DNA from: Caecitellus pseudoparvulus | Lineage: Eukaryota; Protista; Bigyra: Bicosoecida | Assembly: GCA_965644315.1 (NCBI GenBank) | Contig: CBFFRQ010000029.1 | Span: 62,001 to 126,000 of the forward strand | Length of the DNA: 64,000 nucleotides | Direction of reading: 5' to 3' | Part shown: positions 54,495 through 64,000 of the stretch, one piece after another | How positions within the stretch are numbered: position 1 is the first letter of the stretch | How the letters are laid out: every line of letters starts with the position of its first letter | Notes under the pieces: generated by a model | Databases searched by the model: none | Seen by the model: the letters and a program-made list of their open reading frames with translations, nothing else | Told to the model about the DNA's origin: nothing | Translations under genes and position numbers: made by a program

Positions 54495-57400
54495 ATGCGA
54501 CTGCTTTCGGCCTTACTGGCTCCGCTCGCTGCCGCCACCCTGTGCGCAGCGCAGGATCCACTGCCAGTCGTGAGCGTTGGCCATGGCACCCAGCTTTCTG
54601 GGAAAGGCCTGCAAGTGCTGACTTCCCCAGGCAAGCAGCCAGTCCTTCGCATTTACGTGCCAAAAGAGGACAAGGTGTCCCTGTGCTACAGCCCCGACCA
54701 CACTGAAGCGTGCGCGGTGATTCAGGACAGCGCGCCCATGGCGCTCTCTGCCACGGCTGTGGCGGCGGCATGCCTGTGAGTTGGCGAGCGCGTGTGGCCG
54801 TGGCCGCTCCCATGCCCTGCATGCGGTTCCCGTTTCTTGCGCAGAGAGGGTGCCACTGAATGCTCTGTACCAGTATTCTTCCACACGGCAGGAAAGGGCG
54901 TCCCTGAGCTCCGGGTTCGCTACGTCGGGCAGCAGGATTCCCCGGACCTGAGCTTGCCCGCTGTGTCCAAGACGCCCTCTGTCGTCCAAGCTGGCACAGA
55001 TTCATGCAATGCCCAGAACTCCCAAACCATCAAGGACGGCACCTTCATCCACGGCAGCGTGGACCAGCAGAAGTACGCGTGCTTCAAGATGTCCTTCATC
55101 CCGGCCACCTTCCCGAACTTTCGACTGGAGCTGATGCCCACCGGCGGGGATGCCGACCTCTATGTGAACATCGGTGGGGATGACTGGCCCACTGTCTTCG
55201 AATACGACTCAAAGGCTACCCAGTATGGTTATGACCAGCTGGACCTGAGCCAGGGCTCGCCAGCCATGAATGGCAAGTGCGGCGTGACCACCCAGCCTTG
55301 CATGGTGTACATCGCCATCACCGACGCAGACCTGCTCGCGCCAACGGTCAACTTCATTCTCTTTGGCTATGATGCTTCCGGGGGTGATGTCGTGGCCCTT
55401 GAGCTGGACACCCCAATCCTGGCATCTGTCATCGTCCCCGCCGGCCCAAGCCCGCCCAAAGTGTACAACTACTACAACTTGCTGAACATCCCTGCGGGCT
55501 CCTCCCTGAACATCATCTTGACGCAGCTGGTGGGTGATGCAGACTTTTACATAGGCTGGAACACGCTCAGCAGGCCTACATCCAGCAACAACAACGGGGC
55601 GGCCATCGGCCTGGGCGGCGAGGAGCTGGCTGTGAACTGCAACCCCGCCGGGGGCGCTGCTGCCTGCGACCTGCACATCGGCGTGCATGGCTTCGGCAAC
55701 AGCAATGCCACGTACACCTTGCGCGTGGAATCTGCCAACCAAATCATCAACCTCGTGAGCGGCGTCGCCCAAGCGGGGGAGCTGGCGAAGGGGGAGACGG
55801 CGCAGTACCAGTTCCTACTCCCCGAAGGGAACGTGCGGGGAGCCGACATCTGGGTGTACCCCACTGCTGGTGACCCTGATTTGTATGTGAACCTGGGCAA
55901 AGATGTGCCTTCCCCAGCGTCCCACCAGTTCGCGTCCTTCCACCTGAGTGGCATCGAGTTCGTCGGGCTCACGCCTGAAATCGTGTCCAGTAGCAAGGAC
56001 TGCCCAACAGGGCAAGACTGCTTTGCAACCATCGCAGTACGAGGCTTCTCTAACTGCTCCTACCTCATCACGGCGGCAGGAACGCACGGGTCGGACAACA
56101 TCACCCGCCTGAACGCTGGGGTGCCCGTCCCAGGCCACGTGGCACCGGACAACTTCGAGTACTACTCCTTCCAGCCCGCTGACTACTCCGTGCCTACGGT
56201 CATCTCCCTGACACCGCGCTCAGGTGACCCTGACATGTTCATCAAGGTGTCCTCTGCGGCACTGCCAGTGCACCCCACCCAGACCAATTACGACTGGCGG
56301 GTGAATGGCCTGGGCAACGAGACGCTCATCATTCCGCCGGGTGACCCCAAGCTGTGGGAGGGCAGCACCCTGTACATCGGTGTCACTGCCTTCCCCATGC
56401 CTGGAGCCACGTCGGCCTCATACTTCTTGGAGGCGGTGTCTGACACTCCCACCGCGGTCACCCCCCTCACGCCGGGCGTGCCTTTGCAGTCTGCGACAGA
56501 GCCTGGGACGTTCCTCAACTACCTCTTCACTGTCGAGGGTGACGAAGGCATTGACTCTTTGCAGTTTGAGCTGACGCCACTGACAGGGGCCACCCGCATG
56601 TACATCGCAGTGGCGCCAGGCGGGGCCCAGCTTCGCTTCCCCTCTGCCACATGCTCTGATGGCACACCGGGCAACTGCCGCCAATGGACTGTTGACCCTG
56701 CCTCCTATGACTACAGGGGTAACCAAATGGAAGATGGCAACTTCGTCCTCCGCCTCTCTGACCCCAACCTGTTCAACCACAAGACCCATTTCGTGGTTGG
56801 CGTGCTGGGCACTCGCCCCGGCACCGACCCCTCTCGCTTCGAGATCGAGGCCACCATCACGCAAGGTGGCTCCACTTCCACCTCCACGGACCCTGTTGCC
56901 CCCATCAATGAAGTGGAGTGGGGGCAGCGCTCGGACGGAGTGGTGTACAAGGGTAACGACAAGCAGCACGTGCACTACATCTTCTACTCTGTGCAAGTCA
57001 CCTCACCTTCTGACATTCGTGTCCTCAGCGAGGCTTCCATTGGCGGTGCGTACCTGTGGGGCTCGGCCACCACGCAGTACCCAAAGCTTGGGTCGGCCGA
57101 GTTCAGGGGCTCGCCCACCTTCTTGGGGGCAACAGTGGCCACGATGTTCATCCCCTTCTCTCGCCTGCCTCAAGACTGCCAAAACAGCGTCACCGGTGGG
57201 GATCCCTGCACAGTGTACTTCTCCGTCTCAGCAACGTCGTCTCAAATCAGCCCCAACACAACCTACTCGGTGGAGGCTCTCTCAACCGGGAAAGCTGCTG
57301 CAAACCCAGCTGAGCTGGGCATGGGCGACACAAGCTATGGCTACGTGGACAAGAGTGAGTTTTCCTACTTCCTCACAGACGTTGACGTTCCCCTGGGGGA

Positions 57401-60400
57401 CGCCCTGTACGTGTCCCTGGTGTCCCTGTCTGGTGATGCAGACCTGTACGTCAACATTGGTGGGGATGACGTGAGCTTTTACCCTGATGCTGACAAGAAC
57501 CCACCCATGTTCATGTCCCTTGGCATTGAAGGCGCAGACACCGTGGCCATTCACCGTGACAACGCACACTACTGCACCCGCTGCCACCTGTACATTTCCG
57601 TGCGTGGCTTCGACACTGAGGGCTCCCTATTCACGATCACAGCGAGCAGTGACGGCAGCTTGACGCCCCTACCCCCCAATGCGCCAGCTATCGCCGGTGG
57701 CGTGAGTGGTGGCAACTTCACCTACTACCGTGTGGACATGGGGCAGTTCGCTTACCGGTCTGTGTCCCTATCTGTGAACCTGCAAGTCATGGCGGGCTCT
57801 CCGTCTCTGGTTGCCATTGTGGAGGACGACAATGTCCCCCCAACCCTTCCCACCTCCACACACTACACTTGGGGCCTGCCCTACTACGCTGAGCACAAGA
57901 GCTTGGTGATCTCAGCCAATGATGACAACGCCTGCGGCGGTCGGCACTGCGCATACATCATTGGAGTCAAGGGCTCCGTGCGGGAAGACGCCAGCTTTGC
58001 CCTGACAGCGACCGTTGCGACAGATCCCCCCAGCGTCACCACGCTGATCAATGGGGAGTCCACACCGGGCCAGGTCCAGGCTGACCAGTGCGTGTACTAC
58101 CAGTTCGAGCCTGCGCCGCCGGGTGTGTCGCCTGACCCACCCATTTCCACTGACTTTTTGTGGCACGCCGACACTGGAGGAGCACTCAATGTCTACATCA
58201 CCAACGCGTACGTCGCTGGGGAGAGCGGCGCTGATGCGCTGCCCAACAAGTACTCGCATGACGTGTGCAAGCTGCCATTTGATGCGGGGCAGACTGAAGC
58301 CCGCATTTCTGAGTCCACGAAGCCCGCCTCGTGCTACAGCTCGGATGTCAACCAGACCTACACGCTGGGTGTGTGTGGCGTGTCATTCGGGCACGGTGGT
58401 ACCGTGGAGTTTACTATTTTGGCTGACGTGGACAGAGCCCCCGTGGCCCTTGCTCCAGGCCAAGAGTCCATCCCTGCCACTGTGGACCCGAAGTACATCC
58501 CCGACAAAAACTTTGAGTTCATCGTCACTGACCCGACGCGCACAATTGCAGTGACCGCTGACACCTTGCAAGGGGACGTCACAGTGTACATCACAGCACC
58601 CACCACCTCCGGCGGCGTAGCGCCCCCTGCTTCCAGCACGAACTTTCAGTGGACATTCACGACTGCAGGGCAGCCGGAGCATGTCGCAACCATGGAGATG
58701 CCGGCAAACCTCCCTTGCCGCAACGGCGGGGAGAACTGCCACTTGAACGCCCTCCTCGTGGGCACGTACAGTGTCAACGTCGTGCCGGCAGGCCAAACCA
58801 CCGCGAGGTTCAGCCTTGTGTACGAAATCGCAGGAAACCACGTTGAGCCAGTGCCTGGTGAGCCGACGACGGTGGAGCTGGCAATCGGTTCGTTGTGCCG
58901 CTCGCACAATGACGATGGCAGCTGCGCGAGCGGGGAGCTCAGCCAGGCATACCTTGCATGGCTGGCGTACACTGTGCCCATCTCTCAAGCTGTGGACCTG
59001 GCAGCGACAACCTCTGCGACCAGTGGGCAAGACCTCATTGCTGCGTCTTTCACTGTGGAAGTGACGTGTGGCTCCAGCGGCACCACCGAGTTCTGCGGCC
59101 AAGAGAACATGAACTACATGGCCACTGCCAGCGTGTGCACGACACAGAGCTGCTCAGGCGACGTGCAGTATCCCATGGGTACGGAGTACGGCGCCTCCCC
59201 TGACGTTGAAGTTACCACGGAGACCATGCAGCTGACGTTCGATGTCCCTGCCCACTTGTGCCAGGCTGGCAGCGATGGTGCCTCTGAGTGCACCATTTTC
59301 GTTGGGCTGTTCGCCTCCCCCACCAATGGGCAGCCCATCACAGATGTCCCCCCGCCGACCATGGTTATGACAGTGCTTGACCCTGCCACGCCCACTGAAA
59401 TCCCAGACGCATGCTTCGTCGCCAAGCAGACTTGCGTGCTGCCCGTTGCCACGCTGGAGCCCGGGTTCGAATATGTGCGCTTCTCAGGCCACGTGGAGCC
59501 AGGTGCCCCCGTGAACATTGCCCTCCGCGTCCAGGTATGCCGTGGCGAAGGCAGCGCGTACGTGTGCAATGACCCCGCAAGTGGACGCTGCGAGCCGTAC
59601 GAAGTCCCGAGCAAGTCGAACAACGACGCTGCATGGGCACTGGTGGACTCCAACCCCGGTGACGCTCCGGCGTGGTCCTCTCATTCCTTGGCCGCTCAAA
59701 CTGGAGACTTCTTCATCGCTGTGCAGCCGCGCCCGACAGCGGCTAGCCAAGACACACCTACCTTCCAGATGCTCGTCCAGGCTGGCAACGCAGGGTTGCT
59801 GTGGCTGCCCACCTCCGGGCAAGGCGAGAGCATGCCAGAGGCGACGTATGACGCAAGCGCTGGCACTGTCACGGTCACATGGGGCGATCTGTACGCGGTG
59901 TTCCCGGGCCAGCGTGCGCAAACTGTTTCAGGAGCCCGCTTCACTGTGTACCTCGCGCCGACGGCGTCTGTGTCTGCAGGGGCAGTCTTGGATACAGCCT
60001 GCGGTGTTAACCTGGAGTGGGCAGAGCACTTGCATGCGGTTGGCCTGTCTGCAACTGCCTCTGGCACCAACTCTGCAACTTTTGATGACGTCCCAACTGG
60101 CACGGACTACAAGGTCATGGTTGTGGCCTCCTGCACTGGTGGGCCGGCGGGGCAGGACCACTGCAGCGTTGACGGCGTGCAAGGGCAGCAAATCGCCTAC
60201 GAGGCCACCGTCGTCAGTGTTCCTGGCGGGGGCCACAACGGGAAGGGTGGCGGCGGCAAGAAGAAGCCTTCCAACGCTGGCGCTATTGCCGGTGGAGTCA
60301 TTGGAGGCCTTGTTGGCCTTGCAGCCCTCGTCGCACTGGGCATGTACCTGAACAAGCACCGAGACAGCATGCCTTGCTGCCGTGGCAGTGCGGGACAGTC

Positions 60401-60476
60401 AGGGTACGGCGGCTTGGACGACGGCCTGTACACGTCGTCTGACGTTGGCGCCAGCTCGGGCTACGACAGGTTGTGA
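54495..60476 (+). CDS. Type I membrane protein with ~10-12 tandem PPC-like repeats, a probable FN3-like domain, one TM and a short Tyr-motif tail
   Basis: Signal peptide MRLLSALLAPLAAATLCAAQ and one 5' intron. Repeated GDADLYV, GDPDLYV and GDPDMFI cores. TM AIAGGVIGGLVGLAALVALGMYL. Tail ...YGGL...YDRL-stop. Confidence 0.88.
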
Positions 60477-60535
60477 AATGCATTCACAGCAGCAACACGC
60501 AGAGCAGCCATGGCCACCGCGGGGGAGAGGGCAAG

Positions 60536-61497
60536 CTAGCCCTTCTTCACTTGCGTCAGCACGACGGGAATGACGATGGCAAGCAGGACAAGCACGACGA
60601 TGGCCAGAATGCAGCACCGCTTTCGGCGCTCAGCCGCTTGGAGGGTCGTGGCCTCCTCCAGGTACTCGTTGCCCTTCTGCACCTTCTGCACCGAAGTTGA
60701 CACATTGGCATCCACTTCTTGCAGCTGCTCGTGTTGTTCCTGCACCAGCACTGCCAAGTCTTGGAAGGTCTCCTTCAGCTGTGCGCTCTCCTCGGCGATG
60801 GCTTGGGCATCTCGATTGCGCTCCTCCAGAATGGCCATGTCAACCTCCCCGAAGCCCTTCATTTCAATGATTACATCGCCTTGCTTCGACTCTGAGGTGG
60901 CTTGTGCCTGCTGTGTGCCCCGGCGGGTGCCTGACTGGTCAAACGACGTGCCAAACGTGCTCATGCCTGCCGCAGTGCTGGCTGCGCCACTGCCACTCCC
61001 GTCATCCACAACTGCGTGCTGCCTCGCCTTTGTCTTGAAGGCCGAGCTGATCTTCCCAAGCTGTGACTGCACAGTCGCGTATGATCGCTCCAAGACTTTC
61101 AAATGCTTGGGATCTGGCAAGGCAGCAGGTTCGAGGAAGGAGTGCAGGGCGACTCAACTACGCTCTCCTGCGCCAGTGCCCCTGAACGCACCAGTGAGAG
61201 GCTGGGAACGCAATCCAGCCATGCCCGCTGATATTTGATCAAGCAGGCTCTGTGCCGCGCGCATTTCCTCCATCTGTAGCGTGGCCAGCGGTGCAAAGTG
61301 TGCAGGGCGCAGGTTGCCGCCTGAATCAATTTCCGCGGTGCACCCACCATCTTCTCCCGAAACGTGAGCGTGTCCTTCGGCGTTCCCAGGACCTTCACCC
61401 CTTTCCGAATGCGAGCCACAGCATTTGCGAGGTTCTTCAGCGCTGACGTGCAGTCATGTGTTGCTTGGATGCTGCTCGCGCGGCCCCGTGTGGCCAT
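60536..61497 (-). CDS. Qa-SNARE syntaxin (Stx7/12/Pep12-like)
   Basis: Habc-like LGTPKDT, SNARE motif LKETFQDLAVLVQEQHEQLQEVDANV, and a C-terminal TM. Short introns. Confidence 0.88.
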
Positions 61498-61876
61498 GGT
61501 GAAGGCCCGCACGAGCCACCCACGCACTGAAACACCCTAGAGCAGACCTCAATCGCCACACGGAAACTTCACAGGGTGCATCTCCTGGTGTCGTTCGGTT
61601 CCTTTGCCACGCGTCGGGTATTTTGCCAGTTTGTGCCTCGGTGCTCCGGCTGCCTCAACATCCTGCGCTGAGTGCAGACGGAGGCGATAAAGGTGACGAG
61701 ATACCACATCTATCGCGCACTTGGTCAGTGTGGGAAAATACCAAAGACCGTAGGTCCCTGCCTGCGCATGAGTGCTTGGCAGCTACCGACCTCAGCGCCC
61801 TCGGAAACACACTTCGTTGACTGCTGAGACTGCCAGAGAGGAGTTGTGTGTCTGGCACGGTGTCCAATTTCCGCTC

Positions 61877-62917
61877 ATGTCGTCCGCCAGCTCTCAGACT
61901 CTGACCGCGGGGGAGGTGGACCCAAGCAGGCCGATCTTTGTGCCCATTGTCGTTGGTTCGATGGCTTTCCCGCTGAACAAAGAGGAGCGAGTGGACGACC
62001 ACCACACACACAGGTGGCGGGGTGCGTGGCTCGTGCTGGTGTCTGGCTGAGGTGCCTGTCACTTTCGCTGGGCCGCGTGGCATGCAGTGTACGTCCGGGG
62101 AGCTGACATGCGAGACCTTTCATATGTCATTCGATCAGTGACCTTCTCGTTGCACCCTTCTTTCGTGGACCCAGTCAGGGGTGAGCCCGGGCACTGCAGC
62201 AAGTCGCACTGTGCCCTCCTCAGTACCCGCATCCAACTTCCTCAGACATCACCTCCCCACCGTTTGAAATTGCGGAGTTCGGCTGGGGTGAATTTGAAGT
62301 TGGCGTCAAGCTGTTCTTCCATGACGACTCCATCAAACCCGTCTCGTTCAAGCACATGCTCAAACTTTACGCCCCTGCCGGCGTGGAGCTGCCGAAGGGC
62401 ACGGTGAGTGTGACCCAGCCCACCCTGCCATAGCGATGAGCAGTCCCTGCAAACCATGCACACACTCGCCCCCCCTCCCTGTCCAGCCTGTCGTCAGTGA
62501 AGTGTTCGATGAAGTGGTCTTCAATGTCCCGAGCGCCCTGTCTGAGGAGGCCCTGACTCGCCTGCTAGCTGGCCCGACCAAGATCCTGCCTCGAGAGGGT
62601 GATGATGCGTACTTTGCCGAACACAGCCCAGATGCTGACCTGGCCCAGCTGGCTGGAGCGCATGCATTTGTGCGCTCTGAAACAGAACGTGAGTTATGGC
62701 CAGGGCCGCTGCCTGCGCACGAGACCGTCATGGCTGTCCTCGCTCATACTTCGAAGGTCTCCGGGAGCGCCTGGCTCGGGCTGAGGCCGACTCTGCGCAG
62801 CTTGCCAAGGATGTGGTGGCACTGGGAGGGAACCCACTGGATGAAGCAAGACACCACGTGGATGCTGAGGCTGTGTCTGCGGCTGTGGCAGCAGCACATG
62901 CAGGTTTGGTGGGGTGA
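61877..62917 (+). CDS. YEATS-domain protein (Yaf9/GAS41-like)
   Basis: Spliced HTHRWRVYVRG, VTFSLHPSF, PPFEIAEFGWGEF, HMLKLY and PVVSEVFDEVVF, plus a C-terminal coiled coil. Four introns. Confidence 0.9.
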
Positions 62918-63230
62918 AGGAGCCAGTATCCAGCCGCTCGTCCGGCACTCAAGGGCACCTGGCTGAGGCCGTCACTTGGCCCTTCGTGCCAATTCATTTT
63001 CACTGCGTCTCCACTTCGTCGATCACATCCATTGAGGCTTCTCTAAGTTTGCTTTCCGACGCGCCGCTACCCCCCGGGGCCACGGCTTGCGTTTCACCGT
63101 CAGCAGCGAAAACGCCCCGGTGCCCTGCGCCACCCTCTGCCCCTTCCACAGCCACCGACAAGGTGCCATTTGGGCCCTTATTTTTCCGGCCCGAAACAAC
63201 GTTCCAGGCAGCCCACACTGCTAGCTTACA

Positions 63231-64000
63231 ATGGTGAGTGTCGCACGGGGCTCCCGGGACTGGCTGGGCGGCTCTTGTACAACCCGCCAATCCTGGAGCG
63301 CTCCGCACACGCAACACCGAAACGACGACGCCCCCAACCGTGCAGGGAGTGCCCAAATTCTACCGCTGGCTCTCAGAGCGCTTCCCCCTCATCAACCAGA
63401 ACATTGAGGACGACTCCCTGTTGCTGGAGTTCGACAACTTGTACATGGACCTGAATGGTGTCATCCACAATGCCAGCCATGGCAATGAAGGCATCACTCG
63501 GCGAAAAGCTGACGACACCATCGCGCGGGCGTGTTGCGCGACCATCGACGGGATCGTCAAGAAGATGCGGCCAACTCAGCTCATCTACATGGCCGTGGAC
63601 GGCTGTGCCCCTCGCGCGAAGCAGAACCAGCAACGCAGCCGCCGCACCCGATCAGCAAAAGATGCACGCGAGGCTCGTCGGGAGGCAGAAGCTGCTGGCG
63701 AGACACATGAAGATGAGGATGTCTTTGACTCCAACTGCATTACACCGGGCACGCCCTTCATGGACATGATCAACAAGGCCATGAAGCAGTTCGTCATCAA
63801 GCAGCTCAAGGAAGACCCCGCCTGGCAGGGCCGCAAGGTGATTTTCTCTGGCTCCAACGTGCCGGGAGAAGGCGAGCACAAGATCGTAGAGTTTATTCGA
63901 GGCTTGCAGTCGCAGGGCGCAGCGGCGAACCCAAACCTCCGACACTGCATGGTGGGCCTGGACGCTGACCTGATCATGCTGTCCCTGGCCATGCACCAGC
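63231..64000 (+). CDS. XRN1: 5'-3' exoribonuclease XRN1 (5' part; continues beyond the window)
   Basis: ATG, then intron 63234-63345, then GVPKFYRWLSERFP...EFDNLYMDLNGVIH...YMAVDGCAPRAK...FDSNCITPGTPFM...PGEGEHKI...GLDADLIMLSL. GVPKFYRW favours XRN1 over XRN2. Confidence 0.93.

Noticed and set aside
63000-63356. Minus-strand 118-aa ORF between the YEATS gene and XRN1
   Set aside because: It overlaps the XRN1 start and first intron, has no canonical ATG start in the gap and no motif; probably spurious.
1-64000. CRISPR arrays, rRNA/tRNA genes, transposons, endogenous virophage or other AT-rich viral inserts, operon-type defence systems
   Set aside because: I saw no spaced direct repeats, RNA-gene signatures, transposase/integrase/capsid ORFs or marked GC drop. 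Nearly all sequence is accounted for by host genes. Small RNA genes could be missed by eye.

Overview
A gene-dense, GC-rich eukaryotic window with short (mostly ~65-200 nt) spliceosomal introns and some intergenic gaps of only 25-60 bp. It is not prokaryotic, so most six-frame ORFs are antisense shadows or partial exons. Ciliary genes (BBS8, CFAP97-like, SPATA17-like), a G-protein beta subunit and a 9-TM cadherin suggest a flagellated protist, most plausibly a heterotrophic stramenopile (inference). I reconstruct about 19 genes in order: (1) a large secreted protein on the minus strand that runs off the left edge and is missing from the ORF track, with PPC-like modules and a peptidoglycan-binding-like domain; (2) a Dug3/EgtC-type class II glutamine amidotransferase; (3) HIRA; (4) CFAP97-like; (5) a ~4,700-aa cadherin/IPT/Cys-rich 9-TM receptor with a cytoplasmic WW domain; (6) a bacterial long-type GAPDH carrying introns; (7) BBS8; (8) DUF1295; (9) an acylated EF-hand protein; (10) an orphan ORF; (11) a small ankyrin protein; (12) an ankyrin/B-box/RGS/IQ giant; (13) SPATA17-like; (14) G-beta; (15) USO1/p115; (16) a PPC-repeat type I membrane protein; (17) a syntaxin; (18) a YEATS protein; (19) the 5' end of XRN1. 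The most interesting signals are a possible prey-recognition and surface-sensing toolkit, an unusual RGS protein beside G-beta, and an apparently bacteria-derived GAPDH. All domain calls come from motifs recognised by eye; no database search was run.
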